Positions 63,561 through 64,000 of a stretch of DNA of 64,000 bases are shown here, in pieces. The notes below the pieces were generated by a model. That model was given only the letters and a program-made list of their open reading frames with translations, had not been told where the DNA came from and made no database searches. The position numbers and the translations under genes are program-made. Position 1 is the stretch's first letter. Each line of letters opens with the position of its first letter. Origin of the DNA: Iphione sp. A-MEVVRFRX5 (lineage: Eukaryota); the NCBI GenBank assembly GCA_976226885.1, contig OZ320314.1, forward strand, positions 116,498,001 through 116,562,000, read 5' to 3'.

Positions 63561-64000
63561 AAAGTATGGCAGAAAAATTGTCTATATTACAGAATATCAA
63601 GCTTATTTGGTAAAAGATGCTATGAGATACAGTTTTTCCTTGTATATTTGATAAAATATTAATTTATATTCATATTGTGATAGATCACCCCACCTTCTGC
63701 AGGCATTCTTGTTTTATAGCTCTGCCTTCAGGAGAGAACACCCTTCAAACCTGCCGCTTTTAAAGGGTTAATATCTTAGGCGGTGTTCAGATGTATCCGT
63801 AGAAAAAAGTGCCTATGGGTCCAGAAATGTAGAATACCACCTGCTGATCCGTTTTTTATTGCCTACATATGTATCCCAGATGTATCTTCAACACTGTATC
63901 CTATGGACAACGGATGGGCATCCTTAGAAAATCTGTCACAGATGGTTCTGAAAACAGGTCCGGAGCCTGATCCATTTTCAAACGGAGGCATGTGAATATT

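Overview
Animal genomic DNA, probably an invertebrate (inferred from the Sinuous/Kune-type claudin and the repeat families), AT-rich and repeat-dense. One host gene is supported: a three-coding-exon claudin-like gene on the + strand (42179-57999, 215 aa). The dominant feature is a 10.8-kb intact Ty3/Gypsy LTR retrotransposon on the - strand (17042-27876). It has 688-bp LTRs differing at 2 positions, an ATAT target-site duplication, a tRNA-Leu PBS, a PPT, gag, and a -1-frameshifted pol. Between pol and the 3' LTR it carries about 5 kb of accessory sequence. This holds a sense ORF for a C2H2 zinc-finger protein and an antisense, apparently intron-containing gene with TATA, Inr, splice sites and a poly(A) signal, the two arranged divergently. 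A 14-bp palindrome, CTGYGG-NN-CCRCAG, occurs 4 times in each LTR U3 (one copy with a mismatch) and 7 times in the internal divergent region. My inference is a self-encoded regulatory circuit analogous to complex retroviruses. The window also contains a decayed DIRS-order (tyrosine-recombinase) retrotransposon, two CR1/L2-group LINE remnants, several MITE families and microsatellites. All coordinates and alignments were done by eye and no database searches were run.
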